The notes under the pieces were generated by a model that worked only from the letters and a program-made list of their open reading frames with translations, was not told the origin of the DNA and made no database searches. From NCBI GenBank assembly GCA_965261395.1, contig OZ253462.1, positions 416,001-480,000 on the forward strand: a DNA stretch of 64,000 bases. Direction: 5' to 3'. The translations under genes were made by a program, and so were the position numbers. Below are positions 56,711 through 64,000 of the stretch, one piece after another. This DNA is from Candidatus Latescibacterota bacterium. Lineage in GTDB: Bacteria > Latescibacterota > UBA2968 > UBA8231. The number at the start of each line of letters is the position of its first letter. Position 1 is the first letter of the stretch.

Positions 56711-57182
56711 AGTTGATCGTCTCCTGAGGGGAATGGATCGCAATAGTTGAGTATCCAGAAAGTGTGTTTACTGCATTGTATAGCGGAATTTTTGAAAAAT
56801 GCACGATATATTTGAAATTCCAACTCACAATCATCGAACAGCCTCCTACAGTGGCTAAGGCGACATGGAGGGCATCTGCCGCCCATTTTTCGGTCACAAT
56901 TTTCGCATTTAAGTAAGCCTGCTGAAGTCGCAAAGTCTCCTCAGAAATCTCTACAATTTCTGCAAAGTTGAGCATTTGTTCAAAGAGTGCCACAACTTCC
57001 GCCGGGGCAGACTCGATTTCCTCTTGCACCACAACAGATGCCAACAGGTTAAAATGTCCCTGCCGAACCATATCGAAAAAGGACTGACTCGCTTGATGAA
57101 ACTCTTCATCGAATGCGCCACCGAAAACGGACGTATCCGCATATACGCTTGGAATCTGTGTATTCAATTTTTGATCTCTCAA
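56688..57182 (-). CDS. PIN-domain protein
   Basis: VYADTSVFGG, EE, DALHVALA, IVSWNF; AT-rich. Confidence 0.85.
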   Translation of the reverse strand: MRDQKLNTQIPSVYADTSVFGGAFDEEFHQASQSFFDMVRQGHFNLLASVVVQEEIESAPAEVVALFEQMLNFAEIVEISEETLRLQQAYLNAKIVTEKWAADALHVALATVGGCSMIVSWNFKYIVHFSKIPLYNAVNTLSGYSTIAIHSPQETINYENEEDV

Positions 57183-57460
57183 TCAATACAATCCCTAACC
57201 TTCGGCGTTTGATTCAACTCTACATAAACCCCGCTCCACCCTGCTGTAACGATAGGTACGGGATTGGGCGTAACGCCTCGTCGAGCATGAGATCGAAACC
57301 AGTTTCGTTGATGAATTCGCCATACCAATGTAGGGACCACCGGCCCGGCCTTCAACCGGCCCCATGAATCCCCCTGTACGCCGGGCCGATCCATTGTAAT
57401 AGGCCAGTCTTCCTATATATTAGGGACAGTCAACCGCATCACTTCCCACCACGGGCCGCC

Positions 57461-59266
57461 ATGCACAACCTGCACCAATTTCTCGCTCTTCTGCGCCGCG
57501 AAGGCGAGCTTGTCACCGTTGACGCCCCGGTTTCTTCCGATCTCGAAATCGCCGAGATCCATCGCCGCGTCCTTGCCGCCGCTGGCCCGGCCCTGCTCTT
57601 TACCCACGTCGAAGGCGCGGACTTTCCCTGCGTCACCAACCTCTTTGGCACCGCCCGGCGCGTCGATTTGGCCTTTGGCCCTAGGCCGGAGCAGTTTATC
57701 CAGCAGCTAGTGCAGTTGGCCCAGGACCTGCCCTCGCTCTCGCCGGGCAAGCTCTGGCCGCACAAAAACCTAATCCCCGCCGCGCTCAAGGTCGGGCTGA
57801 AGACCGTCGGCAAAGGTCCCATTGGCGAATGCGTGCAGTCGCCCCCCGACCTTACGCGCCTACCCTTGCTCAAAACCTGGCCCGAGGACGGCGGGCACTT
57901 CATCACCCTGCCGCTGGTCTATACCCAACACCCCGATACCAGCCATCACAACCTCGGCATGTACCGCATCCAGCGCCACGATTCCCAAACCCTCGGCGTA
58001 CACTGGCAAATCCAGAAAGGCGGCGGCTTCCACTACCACGTCGCCGAGCAGCGAGGTGAGAGCCTGCCGCTGGTCATCTTCGTCGGCGGGCCGCCAGCGC
58101 TGATCCTCGCGGCGATCGCGCCTTTGCCCGAGGATTTGCCCGAGTTGATTTTGGCCTCCCTGTTGCAGGGCGAGCGCCTGCGCCGCGTGCAAGGCTCCAC
58201 GCTGCCCCTGATCGCCGAGGCCGAATTCGCCATTGAGGGCGTGGTGCCGCCGCACGTGCGCAAGCCCGAGGGGCCTTTCGGCGATCACTACGGCTATTAC
58301 TCGCTGCAACACGACTACCCAGTGCTCCAAGCCAAGCGCCTCTATCACCGCAAAGACGCCATCTTCCCGGCCACCGTAGTCGGCAAGCCGCCACAGGAAG
58401 ACATGTTCCTCGGCACCTACATCCAGCAGCTCATGACGCCCTTGAGCAAGCTGGTAATGCCCGCGATCAAGGCCATGTGGAGCTACGGCGAGACCGGCTA
58501 TCACTCGCTGGCGGCTATCGTAGTCGAAGAGCGCTATCCACGCGAGGCCATGAAATTCGCCTTTCGCATCTTGGGCGAGGACGGCGGCCAACTCAACCTC
58601 ACCAAGTTCTTGGTCGTCATAGATCGCCCGTTGGACTTGGGCGACTTCCGACAGGTGCTCGCGTATGCCCTAGCGCGAGCGCGGCTCGAAACCGACCTCT
58701 TCGTCATCGCCAATCTCGCCATGGACACCCTCGACTACACGGGACCGGCCGTGAACCAAGGCAGCAAAGGAATCCTCCTAGGCGTGGGCGATCCAGTCGG
58801 CGAATTGCCCGGAGAATTCAGCGGCGACCTACCCGGCGGGGCCCGTGCCGCCGAGGTCTATTGCCCTGGTGCCCTCGCGGTGCAAGGCCCGACGTACGCG
58901 GAAGATCCCGGCTACGCCCAACACCTCGCCGAAGACCGGGCCGTCGCAGCTTGGCCGCTGATATTTTTGGTTGATGACGCCAGTGCGGCCGCCAAGAACA
59001 TCACCTTTCTCTGGAGTACATTCACTCGCTTTGAGCCGGCTGCCGACACGTATGCCGCCGCCGTCCAGCTCCGTCGCCACCACCCCTGCTATACGCCGCC
59101 GATCGTCTTGGATTGCCGCATGAAACCCGGATATCCAGACGAGCTGATAACGGACGAAGAAACAGCGCAAAAGGTCAGTCGGCGCTGGGGGGAGTACTTT
59201 CCCCAAGGCGGCGTCGAAGGCGCGGAAGACCGCCTTGGCTACGCCGGATTTTCCCTGTTGGATTAA
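57461..59266 (+). CDS. UbiD-family (prFMN-dependent) decarboxylase with C-terminal extension
   Basis: TNLFGT, WPEDGG, NLGMYR, EGPFGDHYGYY, GKPPQED, DTLDY. Confidence 0.9.
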   Translation: MHNLHQFLALLRREGELVTVDAPVSSDLEIAEIHRRVLAAAGPALLFTHVEGADFPCVTNLFGTARRVDLAFGPRPEQFIQQLVQLAQDLPSLSPGKLWPHKNLIPAALKVGLKTVGKGPIGECVQSPPDLTRLPLLKTWPEDGGHFITLPLVYTQHPDTSHHNLGMYRIQRHDSQTLGVHWQIQKGGGFHYHVAEQRGESLPLVIFVGGPPALILAAIAPLPEDLPELILASLLQGERLRRVQGSTLPLIAEAEFAIEGVVPPHVRKPEGPFGDHYGYYSLQHDYPVLQAKRLYHRKDAIFPATVVGKPPQEDMFLGTYIQQLMTPLSKLVMPAIKAMWSYGETGYHSLAAIVVEERYPREAMKFAFRILGEDGGQLNLTKFLVVIDRPLDLGDFRQVLAYALARARLETDLFVIANLAMDTLDYTGPAVNQGSKGILLGVGDPVGELPGEFSGDLPGGARAAEVYCPGALAVQGPTYAEDPGYAQHLAEDRAVAAWPLIFLVDDASAAAKNITFLWSTFTRFEPAADTYAAAVQLRRHHPCYTPPIVLDCRMKPGYPDELITDEETAQKVSRRWGEYFPQGGVEGAEDRLGYAGFSLLD

Positions 59267-59286
59267 CCCTGAGCATAGGTCGCCTC

Positions 59287-60699
59287 ATGGATGATGCCCT
59301 AGCGTTTGCCCCCATCGCCGAACTCGCCACCCTGATCCGCCGCCGCGAACTCTCCCCGCTCGAACTCACCGATCTCTACCTAGAGCGCATCGAGCAATAC
59401 GATCCGGCGCTCAACGCCTACCTCGCCGTCACGGCCGAGCGGGCGCGGGCCCAAGCCCGCGCCGCCGAAGCGCAAATCGCGGCCGGCACCTATCTCGGCC
59501 CCTTGCACGGCATTCCCCTCGCCTTTAAGGATCTCGTGGATGTCGCGGACCTGCCCACCACCGGCGGCTCGACCCTGCTGCGCGACAACATCGCCGCAGC
59601 CGATGCCACGGTTGCCCGCCGCCTCTTTGCCGCGGGCGTCGTACTCTTGGGCAAAACCCAGCTTGTGGAATTCGCTTTTGGCGGCACCGGTGTCAACCAT
59701 CACTACGGCACCCCGGTCAACCCCTGGGATCCCGAAATCCACCGCCTGCCGGGCGGGTCGTCCTCTGGCTCGGGCGTGGCTGTGGCGGCTGGACTGGCAG
59801 CGGCCGCCCTCGGCTCGGATACCGGCGGCTCAGTGCGAATTCCCTCGTCCTTTTGCGGCCTTACCGGCCTCAAGCCCACCTTTGGCCTGCTCCCCAACAC
59901 CGGCGTCTTGCCCCTCGACCCGACCCTCGATAGCATTGGGCCTTTGTGCCACACGGCGCAAGACTGCGCCCTATTGTTCCAAGCCATGGCGGACCCGGCC
60001 CTTTGCGACCTGCCCGATGGTTCGATTGTGGATCATTTAGAAGGAGAGGTCGCCGGCCTTCGGCTCTGCTTCCCGCGCGAGTTTTTCTGGGACGAGGTCG
60101 ATGCGGAGGTCGAAGCCGCGGTGCGCGCCTCGGCGCGCATTTTCGCCGACCTCGGCGTCTATGTCGATGAAATATCGCTCGATGTGCTCGACGATCTAGC
60201 CGAATGGCGCAGCGGGCCTAGCACCACGGCCGTCGAAGCCTATCTCTATCATCGGCACAACCTCGAAGCGCACCTCGATCAGTTCGACCCCATTGTCTCG
60301 GCGCGCATCCTCGACGGCCGCGACATCCTCGCTGCGGACTTCCTCAGGCAGCTTAGAGCGCGCGACGAGCTGCGCCGCAAAGCCCGCATGGCCCTCGAAA
60401 ACGTCGATTTTCTCATCACTCCAACCACCCCTTTTGCCGCCCCGATTCTCGACGAGATCGATCGCGACGATGTCTATTTCCCCATCAATGGCCTCTGCCT
60501 GCGCAACACCATCGCCGTCAATCTCCTCGATCTGTGCGCCGTCTCCCTGCCCTGCGGGTTTACGCATGATGGCTTGCCCATCGGCTTGCAGCTTATCGGC
60601 CACCCTCGCGACGAGGCGCGGCTGCTGCGCCTCGCCCGCGCCTTTGAGCAAGCCACTGACTACAATCTCCTCACGCCCGCGCTCGACGACTTCGCCTAG
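59287..60699 (+). CDS. Amidase signature family enzyme
   Basis: GPLHGIPLAFKD, GGSSSGS, GSDTGGSVRIP, GLPIGLQ; start 59287. Confidence 0.92.
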   Translation: MDDALAFAPIAELATLIRRRELSPLELTDLYLERIEQYDPALNAYLAVTAERARAQARAAEAQIAAGTYLGPLHGIPLAFKDLVDVADLPTTGGSTLLRDNIAAADATVARRLFAAGVVLLGKTQLVEFAFGGTGVNHHYGTPVNPWDPEIHRLPGGSSSGSGVAVAAGLAAAALGSDTGGSVRIPSSFCGLTGLKPTFGLLPNTGVLPLDPTLDSIGPLCHTAQDCALLFQAMADPALCDLPDGSIVDHLEGEVAGLRLCFPREFFWDEVDAEVEAAVRASARIFADLGVYVDEISLDVLDDLAEWRSGPSTTAVEAYLYHRHNLEAHLDQFDPIVSARILDGRDILAADFLRQLRARDELRRKARMALENVDFLITPTTPFAAPILDEIDRDDVYFPINGLCLRNTIAVNLLDLCAVSLPCGFTHDGLPIGLQLIGHPRDEARLLRLARAFEQATDYNLLTPALDDFA

Positions 60700-60762
60700 C
60701 AAAGTGCGACCGGATGGCTTGCCAATATCCGGGGCTAACTCTATATTTTTTTCCCCTTACGT

Positions 60763-60837
60763 GCTCCCATCGTCTAGCGGTTAGGACCCAGGGTTTTCAA
60801 CCCTGTAGCCGGAGTTCGACTCTCCGTGGGAGCACCA
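60763..60837 (+). tRNA. tRNA-Glu (anticodon TTC)
   Basis: Acceptor gctccca/tgggagc, D-loop tagcggtt, anticodon arm caggg-ttTTCaa-ccctg, GTTCGA T-loop, encoded CCA. Confidence 0.95.
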
Positions 60838-60863
60838 TTTTTTTGTACGCTGAGGAGGAACTC

Positions 60864-61733
60864 ATGTTCGATATCGGCATCTTCGCCCCCTTTGGGGCCG
60901 ACCACGCTCGCAACATGGCCTATTGCCGCGACGCCGGCGCTACCCACATCGTCTTGAACACCGGCCAAATCTCTTCCGACGACGCGCCCGCGGCCGACGC
61001 GCTCGCGGCGCTAACCGACCAATACGCCGCCGCCGAAGTTGTGCTGGCCGGGCTGACCCCGCCTCGTCTCAGCCTCGACGCCTGCGTTGACGATGCGGCC
61101 CGCACGCGCGAAGTGGGGTACATGCGCCGCCTGATCGAAAACATGGGCCACGCGCAGATACCTATCGTGCATTTCTACCTCAGTGCCGACGCGGCCCCCA
61201 CCGACCCAGACCAGCGGCAGACGCACTGGCAGGGCTTGGTGGAGGTCTTCCAAGAACTCGGCCAAATCGGCGAAGAGGCCGGCGTGCGGATTTCCACCCA
61301 CACGTTTCACGTGCCCGACCGCCTGATCTGGAACAGAGAGACCTTTACCAATCTAATGGCCGCAACCGACTCGCCGGCCCACGGCCTGACCTTCTGCCAA
61401 GGCAAGTCGCAAATGGCCGGCGACAGCCTGCCCGACACCATCCGCCACTTCGGCGACAAGGTCTTTATGGTCCACGTGCGCGACATCGCCACCAAGCCCC
61501 AAGGATCGACTTCCCCGGAAATCGAGCAGCGGCTGGCGGACTTAGGCTATCTCGAAGTGCCCTTCGGCAAGGGAGAAGTCGATATGGTCGGCACCATCCG
61601 CGCCCTCAAAGAGATCGACTACAAGGGGCAGATTTACTCCGAGCACTTCCCAGCCATCGCCGGCGACCACGCCGCGGGGCTAGCCTGGACTATTGGCTAC
61701 ATCCGCGCCTTAGACCAAGCGATCGTCGTCTGA
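60864..61733 (+). CDS. Sugar-phosphate isomerase/epimerase or UxuA-like TIM-barrel protein
   Basis: GAGGAGG RBS; VHVRD, VPFGKGEVD, SEH, WTIGYIRAL. Confidence 0.75.
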   Translation: MFDIGIFAPFGADHARNMAYCRDAGATHIVLNTGQISSDDAPAADALAALTDQYAAAEVVLAGLTPPRLSLDACVDDAARTREVGYMRRLIENMGHAQIPIVHFYLSADAAPTDPDQRQTHWQGLVEVFQELGQIGEEAGVRISTHTFHVPDRLIWNRETFTNLMAATDSPAHGLTFCQGKSQMAGDSLPDTIRHFGDKVFMVHVRDIATKPQGSTSPEIEQRLADLGYLEVPFGKGEVDMVGTIRALKEIDYKGQIYSEHFPAIAGDHAAGLAWTIGYIRALDQAIVV

Positions 61734-61759
61734 AGGGGCGACCGGCCGGTCGCCCCTAC
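61734..61759. repeat. REP palindrome, second copy
   Basis: aggggcgaccggccggtcgcccctac directly after the stop at 61733. Confidence 0.85.
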
Positions 61760-61829
61760 GTCGGCAAATGGACACCCCTTTTTAGCCGATCTATATTTAC
61801 CTTTTCAACCGCATTGGAAAGGTACTGCC

Positions 61830-62582
61830 ATGCCTCAGCTCACTTCCGCAGACAAGCATTCCTTTAAGGAAAACGGCTGTCTCATCGTCCGCAGCGCACT
61901 CACGTCCGCGCAAATTCAAGCCGCTCAGGACGCCCTCTGGAGCGGCATTGACGCCGACCGCGACGATCCTGCAACTTGGGTCGAAGCCGGGCCGCGCGCT
62001 CCTGTACCCGCTCATCACCCGGCCATCCGCGCCGCCGTTCACGAGTCGCCGCTCTTTGCGATGATGGAGGAGATGGCCGGCGAGGGCCAGCTCAACGCCG
62101 GCAACGCCGGGCCGGCGCTGGTGTACCCGGCCAAAGACAAGGCTTGGTCCTTGCCCGAGCGCGGCCATCTCGACGGCTACTACACCCCGACCAACGGCGT
62201 ACCCGAAGGCACGGTCGGCTACATGACTATCAACGTCACGCTCTACGTCGAGGACATCGACTCGCAGGGCGGCTGCTTCACCTATTGGCCCGGCAGCCAC
62301 AACGTGGCCTACGAGTACTTCCAGACGCATTCGCTGCTGTCGGTACAGGGCGGCGTTTCCAGCGACGTATTTCCCGAGGGAACTTTCCCCAAAGGAAGCG
62401 AATTCGTCGGCCAAGCTGGCGATGCCATTTTCTGGCACGGCCAGCTTTTTCACACCGGCTCCAAGAACGTCAATCGCAATATCCGCATGGCCCTCATCGG
62501 CCGCTTCTCGCGCAAAGACACCAACGATATCCGCTTTGAGACCTGCGACGACCAATGGGCGCATTGGGAGGGGATTAGCTGA
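61830..62582 (+). CDS. Phytanoyl-CoA dioxygenase (PhyH) family oxygenase
   Basis: FKENG, HLDG, WPGSH, AGDAIFWHGQLFH. Confidence 0.85.
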   Translation: MPQLTSADKHSFKENGCLIVRSALTSAQIQAAQDALWSGIDADRDDPATWVEAGPRAPVPAHHPAIRAAVHESPLFAMMEEMAGEGQLNAGNAGPALVYPAKDKAWSLPERGHLDGYYTPTNGVPEGTVGYMTINVTLYVEDIDSQGGCFTYWPGSHNVAYEYFQTHSLLSVQGGVSSDVFPEGTFPKGSEFVGQAGDAIFWHGQLFHTGSKNVNRNIRMALIGRFSRKDTNDIRFETCDDQWAHWEGIS

Positions 62583-63352
62583 TGCAGCTCGTCTTCAGCC
62601 CGACTCTATGCCCAGACCTTCTCTTGCCCGAGGTGCTCGACCTAGCCAAAGCGGCCGGCTTCTCTCGCCTCGAACTCTTCCGCGCGTACACCGAGAGCAC
62701 TCCCGTCCACCGCGACTGGTCCGTGCCGATGGTCCGCACCGCCATTGCGGACGCCGACCTGCAACTTGCCGGCTTCAACATCCGCAACCTCACTGGCCGC
62801 AAAACCGACTCCGACGAGCGCAATCTCGCCTACAACCTGCGCCAGCTCGAATGGGATATTCACTTGGGCCGCGCCCTTGGCATCAAAACCCTGAGCACGA
62901 AGGGCGGTGCCCGCACGGACGAGGCGTTCGCCGACCTCATTGAAGGCGTCAACGCGCTCCTCGACAACATCCCCGATATCGCCCTCAACTTGGGCAACCA
63001 CCAAGGCAATCGCCTCCAAGGACTGGCCGACTACCAAGCGGTGATGCCCGAGCTGCCCGAACGGGCGCGCGTACTCTTGGATACCGGCCATCTACTCTCG
63101 GTCGGCGAGCCAATCATGCCGTTTGCCGAGGCCCTCGCCGGGCGCATTGGTCTCGTCCACCTGCGCGACCAGCAGGGCGAAAAGCCCGTGCCCTTTGGGG
63201 AAGGCGAGTTGCCCTTTGCGGAGTTGTTCAAGCTGTTATTGGATAGCGGTTACGACGGCCCCTTCGTCGTCGAGCTTGAGGAGGTCGATTGGGACGAGCC
63301 ACTCCCCGCGGCCATTGCTGCACGAGAATACGTCGAGGCCCTTCTCGCCTGA
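62582..63352 (+). CDS. Sugar-phosphate isomerase/epimerase (AP-endonuclease-2-type TIM barrel)
   Basis: AGFSRLEL, LDTGH, VHLRD, FGEGELP, GYDG..VELE; TGATG coupling. Confidence 0.8.
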   Translation: MQLVFSPTLCPDLLLPEVLDLAKAAGFSRLELFRAYTESTPVHRDWSVPMVRTAIADADLQLAGFNIRNLTGRKTDSDERNLAYNLRQLEWDIHLGRALGIKTLSTKGGARTDEAFADLIEGVNALLDNIPDIALNLGNHQGNRLQGLADYQAVMPELPERARVLLDTGHLLSVGEPIMPFAEALAGRIGLVHLRDQQGEKPVPFGEGELPFAELFKLLLDSGYDGPFVVELEEVDWDEPLPAAIAAREYVEALLA

Positions 63353-63406
63353 GTTTGGGCGCGGTGCCCCGTAGAATCTCAAGCCTGAGCGTTTTACCTT
63401 CGATAT

Positions 63407-63574
63407 CTAAGAGGAGCTTAAAACGGCTTCCAATGGCTTGGGCACCAATTTAACGACCTTTCGCTCGCTTTCTTGCTGGCGCTCTTTTGCTGCCGCAAAC
63501 AAGGCACGCACGTTATAGTCGTGTTGTGCCGCCAATTGTTCGCGAATCGTGCGGACTTCCTCAATGACCGACAC
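63407..63574 (-). pseudogene. 5'-truncated small PIN-associated partner gene
   Basis: VSVIEEVRTIREQLAAQHDYNVRALFAAAKERQQESERKVV...*; no clear RBS, no PIN gene; between 11-bp direct repeats cgcggtgcccc (63360-63370, 63577-63587). Confidence 0.55.
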
Positions 63575-63586
63575 TACGCGGTGCCC

Positions 63587-64000
63587 CTACTCGTCGGCGT
63601 CCAACAGGAGCCTGAAGGCTTCGAGACTGGGCATCTGTATGGCCGCCCGATGCAACTGCTTGAGGCGCTGCACATCGTCAATGGCCCCAATGCGAGCGGC
63701 CAACTGGTGCATATCCTCCGGCTGAAATCGCAGGGCCAACACTTCAAGGAGAAATTCTCGCCCCCCCTGCTCAATGCCTTGCTCAATGCCTTGCTCAAGG
63801 GCCTTTTCCGTGAAATACTGCACTACCGACGATTCGTACATGGTCGCCTCCGATATGATGGTCATAATCGTTTCTAATCTATACACCAAACCGCTCAAAA
63901 TGGCAAGATCGGCCAGATAATTAGCTTTGAGCACCTCGTCCATCGGCACCTGCTGCGCCCGGTTGACACACTGGCGCAACCACGCTTCCGCATCTACACC
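63587..64000 (-). CDS. Rpn family (recombination-promoting nuclease/putative transposase) C-terminal part (partial)
   Basis: LADLAILSGL, MYESSVVQY, EQGIEQGIEQG repeats, LALRF, LKQLHRAA tail; nuclease domain lies beyond the window. Confidence 0.7.
   Translation of the reverse strand, partial: GVDAEAWLRQCVNRAQQVPMDEVLKANYLADLAILSGLVYRLETIMTIISEATMYESSVVQYFTEKALEQGIEQGIEQGGREFLLEVLALRFQPEDMHQLAARIGAIDDVQRLKQLHRAAIQMPSLEAFRLLLDADE

Noticed and set aside
57183-57400. Possible ORF or remnant upstream of the PIN gene
   Set aside because: No frame gives a recognisable protein; only a degenerate GTAG-REP near 57329.
60763-60863. tRNA-Glu as an island attachment site
   Set aside because: No integrase adjacent, no duplicate of the tRNA 3' end seen, and downstream genes have backbone composition.
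60714-60863. N-terminal extension of the 60714 ORF
   Set aside because: It runs through the tRNA; the true start is ATG 60864 with a GAGGAGG RBS.

Overview
GC-rich bacterial chromosome segment, densely coding (about 55 CDS, one tRNA-Glu, no rRNA, CRISPR array, integrase or intact IS seen). The gene content points to a sponge-symbiont-type heterotroph such as Ca. Latescibacterota/Gemmatimonadota; this is an inference from PhyH dioxygenases, four enolase-superfamily enzymes, a sulfatase, a GH88 hydrolase, proteins with YPNPFNP sorting-type Ig domains and a dockerin-YWTD-ankyrin protein. The backbone is sugar-acid/amino-sugar catabolism plus acnA, mtnP, modABC, a UbiD-family decarboxylase and a nuclease-DinG helicase. 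Small, AT-richer defence-type cassettes interrupt it: a restriction-type nuclease, ABC-ATPase + PIN remnant + RNA ligase, VapBC, SWIM, AAA_14-DUF4143, a PIN pair and Rpn. The most striking unannotated pattern is that several cassettes lack any recombinase yet are bracketed by synonymously diverged duplicates of host gene ends. Examples are a 45-bp repeat of a TonB-receptor 3' end plus the next gene's start, and two copies of a macro-domain gene 3' end. Other highlights are a frameshifted PIN/RNA-ligase chimera, a ferritin-like DUF455 + ATP-grasp fusion, a NagB-PIG-L fusion lacking a catalytic Glu, and an Rpn gene with an internal ribosome-binding site. All calls come from manual motif reading; no database searches were run.
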